This document shows positions 1 to 12,000 of a DNA stretch of 60,737 bases, piece by piece. The stretch spans positions 1-60,737 of the forward strand of contig CAYOXC010000004.1 of NCBI GenBank assembly GCA_964407865.1, in the 5' to 3' direction. Numbering within the stretch: position 1 is the stretch's first letter; each line of letters starts with the position of its first letter. The notes under the pieces are model-generated. The model worked only from the letters and a program-made list of their open reading frames with translations. It was not told the DNA's origin and ran no database searches. The position numbers and the translations under genes were made by a program. This DNA comes from an uncultured Gammaproteobacteria bacterium (GTDB lineage: Bacteria; Patescibacteriota; Patescibacteriia; Magasanikbacterales; GWA2-37-8).

Positions 1-2
1 AC

Positions 3-3000
3 AGCAATTCCAAATTGTTTATTAATAATCCGCAGTCTGGTTTTGAGTTGATTAATACTGGTGGACTGCCAAATGCCATTACGAATCTTTTTGTTATCGG
101 AGACTATGTTTATTACAGATTTTATAACGCCTCAATTAGTGAACAAAATTTTGGTATTTCAGATATTTCCAATCCGTCATCTCCTGTTTTTATTTCCACT
201 ACTTCTCCGGATTCTCCTGATGAAGAATATACCGATCCCGAAGCTTTTGTTACCGACGGCACAAATTTGTATATAGGGAATTACAACAGCGTAAGCGGAA
301 CATCTTCGGTCGATGTTTATGATGTTTCAACCCCAGCTTCGCCATCATTAATTAGCAGGTTAGATCTTGGTGCCATAGACTTTTTAGGCAGGTTTGGAAT
401 TCATGGCAATAATTTATATGTTTTTCGGGCAGCTGCGCACATCTATTGGCTAGATTTATATGATGTTTCCACCCCTTCTTCCCCCTCTCTCGTTACCTCG
501 ACCCAGACAAATTATGGCATTAACATGATTAGCGCCGATGATAATTATGTTTATGTAGGTGAGGGTGATTTTATGGCTGGAGAGGCTCAGATTCTTGATG
601 CAGATGACCTGTCTTATGTGTCTCACATATCTGGTTCGGATTACATGTATGGTATACAGAGATTGGGCGATTATCTTTATATTAGTGAGTATAATACAGG
701 TATACGGATTTTTGATGTAACAAATCCTGCCTCTCCGGTTGAAATCAATGCCGGTTCGCCGATAGTCTCCTCTTACGGCGGTAATTTTACCCGTTTTCAA
801 TTTGACGGCAATTACGCTTATGTAATGACAGAGAATTCTGCTAAGGGAGTTGAAGCTTTTGATATTTCAAGTACTACAAATTGGTCTTCAATAACCTTTT
901 ATAGCATGAGTGATATTGGCCGCAATTTGGATATTGACGCCAGCCATAATGTATATGTGGACGCTCCATCTAAACCAACCCCAATAATTAAATTGAATAT
1001 AGCCGTCGGCGCTTCAGAATATGCAGCCATCTTTACTTCCGGCAAAGTCGGCATGGGAACGACTACCCCAAAATATGCTCTGTCTGTTGTCGGTGCGATT
1101 GAGACTGGATACGGCATATATTTGCAGGATAATACTCCAGGAGACGCAACAAACGCTTTATACAACAATGCGGGGACACTGTATTGGAACGGAAGTCCTG
1201 TAGCCACACCACCTGGAGGAGATAATAGTACAATTCAATATAATTGCGGTGGTAGTTTTTGCGGTTCGTCTATTACGTATTTAGACGAATTTAAATTTTC
1301 TTTCGGCCCAAGCAGCGTGCCTTTTTGGTGGACAAATTATAGTGCTAATGTTGCCGGATTGAACAACTACATGTATTCAGGTAATAGCGCGATAATCGGC
1401 GGTCAGTATAATGTGGTTGGAAGAATTGATAACTCCAGCAATCCCAATCGCGGTGGCAGGTCGGTGGTATTGGGCGGGTATATGAATATTGCCGGCGACA
1501 ATACGTTTTACTCAGGAACTTATGCAGACGCGGTTGTTGCTGGTGGGACATACAACTATGCCAGAGGCCTTCGATCATTTGTCGGCGGTGGTAGCAACAA
1601 CATGGCTGCTGGTGAAAGTTCGGCTGTGGTGGCTGGTTACAACAACCAGGCTAACGCATTATATTCATTTACCGCCGGTGGCTTTAATAATTTTGTCTGG
1701 GGCAGCAATTCAACTGCTTTCGGTTCGCAGATGACTGTAAATGGTAGTAATTCCTTTGCTATTAATGAAACTGGTTCCAGTCAATCTTTAAACCAGTCAA
1801 ATACCATTGCTTTACTAGCAAATTATACGGGTATCAATAAAACTAACCCTTCGTATCCATTAGATGTTACCGGTGACGTGAATATTTCCGGTGCATACCG
1901 CGTAAATGGCACCCAAATTGGCGTGCCGGCCGGTTCAACAGGACACATACAATACAATAACAGCGGTTCATTTGCGGGAACGTCATCGCTTTGGTGGTTG
2001 GATTCCCTTATGTCTTTTAATGCTGGTTATGGCAATACTTGGCTTTCTTCTCCCAGAGCATCGTATGTGCTTTCGACAAGCGGTCATCTTTATGGCAGCG
2101 TCTATTCATTTATCGGTGGTGGTATTAACAACAGCATGTACGCCGCAACAGGTTCTGCTATAGTCGCCGGCTTGAACAATACAATTAACGACGGATCCGA
2201 TTGGTCGTTTATCGGCGGTGGTGCGTACAATGAAATATATCCGAATAGCTATCAGTCATTCATTGGCGGTGGTTTGCAGAATACGGTGGGTACCACACAT
2301 AGTGCAATCGTTGGCGGTATTTATAATACCATAACTTCATCAGCGCACTATTCCTTTATCGGTGGAGGCGCTAACAACACCTCATCAGCTATATATTCAT
2401 TTATTGGTGGTGGGCGGTATAACAATGTTGCTGGCTTGTATTCATTTATTGCCGGCGGTCGTTATAACTCCGTAGCTGGTTTAAATTCTTATGCTCTTGG
2501 TTATTCCAATACCACTACTGGAGATTATTCTGCAGCCTTGGGTTACCAAATGCAGGTTGATGGTGATTATTCATTTGGAATTAATGTATCTACCTCGCCA
2601 GCAACGATTTCAAACAATAACACCATCGCTCTCATGGGCGGCAATGTTGGTATTGGCACGACTACGCCAAACTATCCTTTATCCGTTCAGGGTGATGTAA
2701 ATATAACCGGAGGATATTACATTAACGGCACGCCTTTTGTCGCTTCTCCTGCCGGTGCTGATGGACAAATCCAATTTAACGATTCTGGCTCATTCGGTGC
2801 TACTACTACATTATATTGGGATAAAGTGAATGGGCGATTAGGCGTAAACAATGGCTCGCCTTCAGAAAGAATTGATGTTGATGGAAACATAAATATTTCA
2901 GCCGGCAGTTACTACAAATACAACGGCGTTAATTTCGCCATGGCTTCAACTACGCTGGATAATTATTTCTCTGGCGCTTCTGGCAACCTGACTATGACGG

Positions 3001-6000
3001 GTGCCAGCAATACCGCTGTCGGCTACCGGGCGCTAATAAGTAATACCACTGGTAATAGAAATTCGGCTTTAGGCGTTAATGCTTTATCCAGTATTACTAC
3101 GGGTGCTGATAACACAGCCCTCGGTTATAATGCTTTAATGTTGATGACTCAGGCCCAAAAAAATGTGGCCATCGGCAGTGGCTCTCTCCGCTCCCTTACA
3201 GGTTTGGGCGGCACGGACAATGTGGCGGTAGGCTATAATACCCTTAGCGTTCTTGTTGGTGGAGGCATGAACGTAGCTGTTGGTTCGGATGTTCTTGCCT
3301 CAAGCACGGGTAATTGGAATACAGCAATAGGCTATCGTTCGCTTTTTTCCAACACAACCGGAAACGGCAATGTCGCCATGGGCTATCAAGCCGGCTTTGG
3401 CTCAGGCTTTCCCGGTCCTATTGGGGAGAATGAAAAATCAAGCGTGGATAATAATTCAATTTTCATTGGGTACCAGGCTTCCCGTCACAACAGCATTTCT
3501 CAATTAACTCCTCTTACTAATGCCATTGCCATTGGCTACAAAGCCAAAGTCGCCGCCAGCAGTTCTATGGTTCTCGGCGGAATCGGCCCGGATGCGATCA
3601 AGGTCGGTATTGGCACCACTGCACCAAGCCAAGCCCTTCAGGTGGTCGGGAATATTTCAAATATTATTACGGCCAATACTCCCATTTCGCAAATTGCCTC
3701 GGCCCCGGTTGGGACAAGCCCAAACTCCATCTATGTCTCCGGCCGCTACGTCTATGTGGCGAACACTGGTTCGGATTCTATTTCCGTGGTGGATATTTCT
3801 AACCCGTTTGCTCCGGCTGAGGTGGCGACAACCTCGGTTGGGACAAATCCATATTCAATTTATGCCTCCGGCCGCTACGCCTACGTGACGAATGTGAATT
3901 CAAGCGATATTTCCGTGGTGGATATTTCTAACCCGTTTGCTCCGGCTGAGGTGGCCACAATCTCGGTTGGGTCAGCTCCGTTCTCAATTTATGCCTCCGG
4001 CCGCTACGCCTATGTGGCGAATGCCGGTTCAGATTCCATTTCCGTGGTGGATATTTCTAACCCGTTGTCTCCGATTGAGGTGGCTACGGCCTCGGTCGGA
4101 GTTTATCCGCGTTCAATTTATGTCTCCGGCCGCTACGCCTATGTGGCGAATGCCGGTTCAGATTCCATTTCCGTGGTGGATATTTCTAACCCGTTGTCTC
4201 CGATTGAGGTGGCTACGGCCTCGGTCGGAGTTTATCCGATCTCAATTTACGTTTCCGGTCGCTACGCCTATGTGGCGAATGTTGATTCAAACACCATTTC
4301 CGTGGTGGATGTTTCTAATCCGCTGGCTCCGGCTCAAGTGGCGGTAACTTCTGTCGGAAGTTGTCCAGTATCAATTTATGTCTCCGGTCGCTATGCCTAT
4401 GTAGCTAACCAATGTTCAAACACCATTTCCGTGGTGGATGTTTCTAATCCGCTGGCTCCGGTTGGGATGAAAACATCCTCGGTCGGAGGATTAACTCCGA
4501 ACTCAATTTATGTCTCTGGCCGCTACGCCTATGTGGCGAATGCTGATTCAAACGCCATTTCCGTGATGGATATTTCCGGCACTGAGGTAACCAGTTTGAT
4601 GGCTCATAGCGCCGAAGTCGGCAATTTCCAATCCAGAAACGATATTTTTGCCGCCGGCAACATCCAGGCGGGTACGGCCCTTATGGCCGGAGCCGGAGGC
4701 ATTATGTCTGAGGGCGCTCTCTCTGTCTTTTCCTCATCCACTGGCGCCACATCTTCCATATTCAGGGTAAGTTCGGCGTCAGTTTCAAATATCATCTCTG
4801 CTTTGCCAAACGGCAATGTCGGTATTGGCACATCCTCTCCCGAATTTAAGCTGACTTTGGATAACGACGGCGGCATTCTCGCAAAAGGCACATATGGGTC
4901 AGGCGCCACACTGCAAACATCGGGTGCAGGCACTCGCATGATTTGGTATCCGAAAAAAGCGGCGTTTAGGGCTGGAGATGTCAGTGGTTCGCAGTGGGAC
5001 GATGCAAATATTGGAAATTTTTCAACCGCTTTTGGTACCAACACAACAGCTTCAGGTGCGAGAAGTACTGCTTTTGGCTCTGCTTCAACTGCTAGCGGAG
5101 TTAACAGCGCCGCCATTGGAACCTTTGCAGTGGCTAGTGGAGATTTTAGTACTGCTATTGGTTACTTTACAACTGCCAGCGGATCAAGCGCTTCAGCCTT
5201 TGGAAACAATACAGTCGCCGGCGGAGATGCGAGTGTGGCTTTTGGCGATCACACAACTGCAAATGGTCAGACTAGTGCTGCTTTTGGTGATTACTCCATA
5301 TCCAATGGTTACAGCTCTATGGCTTTTGGCAGTCAGACGACTGCCAGCGGAGATTTTAGCGCGGCATTTGGCAGAGAAACCGTTGCTAGCGGTGTAGCTA
5401 GTATTGCTCTTGGGTCTCTTTCAACAGCCAGTGGTAGTTATAGCATGGCTTTTGGAAGACAATTGACAGTCGGTGGAAATTTTTCATTCGGTATTAATGT
5501 CTCAACAACCCCCGCCACCCTCTCCCAAGCCAACACCATCGCTCTGATGGGCGGCAATGTCGGTATTGGCACGACCACGCCGAGTTATCCATTAACTGTT
5601 CAGGGTGATGTAAACATTACCGGAGGATATTACATTAACGGCACTCCTTTTGTCGCTTCTCCTGCCGGAGCAGACGGACAGGTTCAGTTTAATGATTCTG
5701 GCACATTCGGTGCGACTTCCACATTATATTGGGATAAAGTGAATGGCAGGTTAGGTATAAATAATGGTTCACCATCCGAAAGAATTGATGTAAATGGAAA
5801 TATAAATATTTCTGCTGGCAGTTATTATAAATACAACGGCGTTAATTTCGGCATGGCATCAACCACACTGGATAACTACTTTACTGGCGCAGCCGGCAAT
5901 CTGACCATGACCGGCGCTTCCAACACGGCGAGCGGTTATCAGGCATTATTTAGCAACACTACAGGTAATAAAAATATCGCTATTGGCTATCAAGCGTTAT

Positions 6001-9000
6001 ATAGTAACGCGACCGGTAGTGAAAATATTGCTATCGGTGCTAACGCTCTCCGTTTTAACATTGCAAATGGTAATACTGCTATAGGTACTAATGCCATGCC
6101 TGTGAATACCTCTGGCGACCAAAATACGGCCATAGGTTGGAACACTTTGTTTTCTAATACCACCGGTGATGAAAATACCGCGATTGGCTTTGATGCCTTG
6201 AAAAGCAATATTACAGGGAGAGGTAATGTCGCAACCGGTTATGATGCGCTCTATTTTAATACTTCAGGCAGATATAACAACGCTTATGGCCGTGAGGCGC
6301 TTCTTCTTAACGATACCGGCTGGAACAATACGGCCATCGGTTATGCTACGCTTGTAAATAACGCTACTGGTTCAGCCAATACGGCTGTGGGGAATTATTC
6401 CCTTTATAGCAACTATGCATCTTCTAATACCGCAACCGGATATGAGGCGTTGTATTCAAATACTTATGGCACTAATAATACCGGTATTGGCTTTAGGGCA
6501 CTCCGGAGTAACCAGACGGGAAATTTCAACACCGCCATTGGTTATAACGCACTCTATGCCAACACCGCTTCGTATAACCTCGCCATCGGCGACACCGCTC
6601 TGGACTCAAACACTTCCGGCCAATACAATTTGGCAATTGGAGGTAATTCGCTTACAGCCAACGTTTCCGGTTATAGCAATGTCGCTGTCGGTTATAATGC
6701 TTTAAGTGCCAACACGGCTTCTTCCAATACTGCTGTTGGTTATGAGGCTCTTACTAACAATAGTACGGGAATCCAAAATACAGCCAATGGTTATCAAGCC
6801 TTATATTCTAACAGTACAGGGCAAGGCAATATTGCAAATGGCTTCCAGTCATTGTTTAGTAATACTACTGGCAATATAAACATTGGAATGGGTTATTATT
6901 CATTATATAGTAATGCGACAGGTTCGTGGAACGTGGCTATTGGTGGAAGAGCTTTGTATTACAATACCGGCGGAAATGGCAATAATGCAGTTGGTATGTA
7001 TGCACTTTACAGAACTCAAGGAAATGAAAATTCAGCTTTTGGTCATCATGCTGCCGAGTATAATTTTTCCGGAAATTACAATTCAGTTTTTGGTAGTTAT
7101 GCTTTATATCAGAATTCGACAGGTAGTTTAAGTACGGCTTTGGGTTATCAGGCGGGTAGATACCAGCAGTCTGGTGGTACTATCACCTCTGCCAGCGGTT
7201 CAATATATATCGGTGCGAATACGCGAGGATATAATAATAGTTACAATGAAAATACAATTGTTATCGGCACGGGCGCTGTTAGTGTTGGTGCAAATTCAGT
7301 AGTACTCGGCAATAATGATATTTTGACTACTGTCCTAAAGGGCAATGTCGGTATCGGCACAACCACGCCGAGCTATCCATTAACTGTCGCCAGCACCTCT
7401 TCAATGAGAGATGTTATTCCTGAATCAAATCTTACATATAATCTCGGTTCTGCCACGAATCGCTGGGATTCCATCTGGGTGGGTACGACAAATATCGGCA
7501 CCTCCACCTGGTCTATTACAGGCGACACCTCTAATGGTCGTTTAGCATTCTTTAATCAGCCTGATGGTGCGGGCAATGAGAGATTTAGTATTGGATTGGA
7601 CGGGACAATCAACCTGGGAAACAGTATCAATATCCCGGCAGATGGGTTTATCAAATACAATGGTGTTGAGATAATCATGGCTTCAACCACGATCAATAAT
7701 TATTTCACCATGGGCGCGGGTAATTTAGACATGGCTGGCGCCAGCAACACCGCGGCCGGATTCGAGGCCCTGGCGTCCAATATAGACGGCTGGAGAAATA
7801 CCGCTTATGGCTTACGGGCGCTTTATTCAAATGATTACGGCAGTTGGAATACGGCTGTCGGTTATCAGGCGCTCTATTCCAATACCGACGGAGATCAAAA
7901 TACCGCCGTCGGCGACGAAGCGCTTTATTACAATACTGGTGATTATAATACGGCCATGGGTCTGCATGCGCTATATTTCAACACTTCTGGTAATGCAAAT
8001 ACCGCGATTGGTACTTACGCCCTTCTCAATAATACCACCGGTACTGCCAATACTGGTTTTGGTTTTAATTCGCTTAATTACAATACAACAGGAGGATTCA
8101 ATACGGCTATCGGTAATGCTTCATTGGGTTTCAATACCACAGGCAATTATAATGTTGCCTTAGGTGTTGGTGCCGGCCGGTACCAGGCAAATGGCAGTTC
8201 ATATCTACAAACCGCAAGCAGTTCGGTGTATATAGGTGCCTATTCTCGTGGCTATAATAATAGTGATGTCAATTCAATTGTCATTGGTTATGATGCGATT
8301 GGCATCGGCGCGAACAGCGTGGTATTAGGCAATGACAATATTGCTACCACTGCTTTAAAAGGCAATGTCGGTATTGGTACTGTTGTCCCTAGCCAGGCGT
8401 TGCAAGTGGTCGGCAATATAAGCAATATTACTACTCAAAATACAAGAATTGCGCAAATAACAACGGCATCGGTTGGCACTAATCCTCTTTCAGTTTTTGT
8501 TTCTGGGCGCTATGCTTATGTAGTGAATAGAAATTCAAGCAACATCTCCGTGGTTGATATCTCCAATCCTTCAGCGCCGGTTCAGATATCAACAACATCG
8601 GTTGGTTCTGCGCCTTTGTCAATTTTTGTCTCTGGACGTTATGCTTATGTAGTGAATTCGGGTCCAAATAATATCTCCGTGGTTGATATCTCCAATCCTG
8701 CAGCGCCGGTTCAGATATCAACAACATCGGTTGGTTCAGTCCCAAATTCTATCTATGTCTCCGGTCGTTATGCGTATGTAACGAATAGAAATTCAAACAG
8801 CATCTCCGTGGTTGATATCTCCAATCCTGCAGCACCGGTGCAGGTAGCAACTACATCTGTTGGTTCATTTCCATATTCTATCTATGTCTCCGGTCGCTAT
8901 GCATATGTGGCGAATTATAGTTCAAACAACATCTCTGTGGTTGATATCTCCAATCCTGCAGCACCGGCGCAGGTAGCGACTGCATCTGTTGGCACAGGTC

Positions 9001-12000
9001 CATATTCTATCTATGTCTCCGGTCGCTATGCATATGTGGCGAATTATAGTTCAAACAACATCTCTGTGGTTGATATCTCCAATCCTGCAGCACCGGCGCA
9101 GGTAGCGACTGCATCTGTTGGCACAGGTCCATATTCTATCTATGTCTCCGGTCGCTATGCATATGTGGCGAATTATAGTTCAAACAACATCTCTGTGGTT
9201 GATATCTCCAATCCTGTAGCACCGGCGCAGGTAGTGACCACATCTGTTGGCACAGCCCCAAATTCTATCTTCGTCTCCGGCCGCTATGCTTATGTGACGA
9301 ATGGAAATTCAAATTCTCTTTCCGTAGTCGACATTTCTGGCACTGAAGTAACGAGTTTGATGGCTGGCAGTGCCGAAGCCGGCAACATCCAGTCAAGAAA
9401 CGATATTTTTGCGGCTGGCAGTATCCATGCGGGCACAGCCCTTATGGTTGGGACAGGAGGTATAATGTCTCAGGGATCATTATCTGTCTTCGCCTCATCT
9501 ACTGGCGCCACTTCTTCCATATTTAAAGTAAGTTCTGCCCAGAAAGCGAATATTCTAAATGTCTTACCAAATGGCAATGTCGGTATTGGTACGACTACTC
9601 CTGAATTCCGCCTTACCTTAGATAATGATGGGGGAATTATTGCCAAGGGCACATATGGTGCTGGCGCTAACCTCACCACCTCCGGCGCCGGTACCCGCAT
9701 GATCTGGTATCCGAAAAAAGCGGCTTTTAGAGTAGGGTCTGTAAACGGTACCCAATGGGATGATGCAAATACATACGAGTATTCAGTAGCCATGGGTAAA
9801 AACACCTTTGCTGATTATTATGCCTTTGTTTTTGGTGAAAATTCAACTTCAAGCGGTAAGTGGACCGCAGCTTTTGGTCTTGAAACTCTCGCAGACGGGC
9901 AAGGTTCATTTGCTTCAGGTTATGGGTCCCAGTCCTTAGGAGAATATTCAGCAGCTTTTGGGCAGCAAAGTATTGCTGGCGGTCACTATGCTTTTGCAGC
10001 TGGCATATCAGCAAACGCTGGTGGTTATGCGTCTGTGGCTATGGGTTATATGCCAGTGGCAAACGGCAATGAAGCAGTAGCATTTGGTTATCAGTCGAGA
10101 GTTGATGCTGATTATGGTTTTGCTGCAGGTTATCGTTCTAAAGCTCTCGGCGGTAACTCTTCCTTTGTTTTAGGTTATAATGCCACAACAACAGGGTCGT
10201 TTAGTTATGCTTTAGGTCGCAATATTGATATTAATGCTGATTATACTTTTGGTATAAATGTTAGCACCACTGCAACTACCCTCTCCCAAGCCAACACTAT
10301 TGCTCTCATGGGCGGTAATGTAGGTATTGGTACGACTGATCCTCAAGCTGCTTTGGATGTAAACGGCACATTAAGATTTTCCGGTAATGCTCCGCAGATC
10401 ATTACCAAAAGTGGAGACTTGCAGATTTTGCCTGCCGCCAGTGGATTTACTCAAATTGGCGATAAAAGCTCGCCCGATCATATTACATCTCATACCAATG
10501 ACGACCTTTATGTTTCTGGAAGATTTGAAGTAAAAGAGCAGGCGTGGTTTGACGACACCCTAATGGTTTATGGCGGAGCTTCTGTTGGTACAGGACATTT
10601 CTTTGTGTCAACCACAATGAAGTTCTATGAAGAAGGAGATTTATGGGCTAAAGGCGTTTATGGTTCAGGTAATAATTTGGAAGTTAGCGGCGCCGGAACT
10701 AGAATGATCTGGTATCCGAAAAAAGCGGCGTTTAGAGCGGGGTATGTTAATAGTATTCAGTGGAACGAAGACTATATTGGAGAATATTCGGCTGCTTTTG
10801 GTCAGAATAACTATTCTTCAGGAACGTACAGTTTTGCTGCTGGGAGTGGCAATACGGCTGGTGGTTCGAATGCAACAGTTTTTGGAACTGGTAATGTAGC
10901 TAGTGGCATTAATTCGTTTGCTGCGGGTTCTGGTAATACTGCATCAGCCGCTACTTCTTTGGCGTTAGGTTCGAGTTCTAAGGCGACGGGTCTAATTTCT
11001 ACTGCGATTGGTTATTTTAATATCGCTAGTGGACAAAGATCTTTTTCAATAGGTAGTTATGTTACAACAAGCAATAATTATGCATTAGCCATGGGCAATT
11101 ATTTGGATGTAGCCGGCTATCAAGCAATGGCACTCGGCACAAATATGACCCTATCTGGATCCGCAGCTTATTCTTTTGGCATAAATGTTTCCAGCACTGC
11201 TCCAGCCACTCTTTCCCAAGCCAACACTATTGCTCTCATGGGCGGCAATGTCGGCATTGGCACGGTAACACCTTCTACAACATTATCGGTAAATGGTACC
11301 GCTGGAGGAACGAGTGCCTGGGTAAACTGGTCAGACGAAAGATTAAAAACAAATATTGAAACAATTACCAGCGCCATGGAAAAAGTAAAAATGCTTCGTG
11401 GAGTGGAATATGACTGGATAAATCCGAGCACCGATTTTCCTGGTAGAAAAATCGGTTTTATCGCCCAGGAGGCAATGACTGTATTGCCAGAAGTGGTAAA
11501 TGATATGGGCGGATTATACGGCGTCAGCTATGGCCCAGTAGTTGCTCTTCTTACCGAAGCGATTAAAGAACAACAGACGCAAATAGAATCTCTAATGTCC
11601 GGTACTACAACTTTAACTGTTAGCGGAGAATCTGGAGGTGATATTATTGAACTTGGTGCAGGGTTAACATTTGATTTTGTTAATAAAGCACTGCTCAATG
11701 TTCGTGCCATTGCAAGCACAAATGGCGATTGGGTTATTAACGAAGATGGTGAATTCATTACGAACGTTGATACTTCTGAGGGTAAGAAATCCATGTTTGC
11801 CATGCAGTCGCCTGAATCCGAGTTTGTTTTCTCCAGCTCGAGTCAGCTTATGCAGGGTGAGGCAATTGTAAACTTTGATCTTCAGACCCAAGAAATTATT
11901 GATTCAGATGTGCCGATAAAAGTAAATATTACTTTGACATCTGGTGAGGCAAGCGGTGTGTTTGTGAAGTCCAAGAGCGCTACTGGATTTGTGGTGAAAG

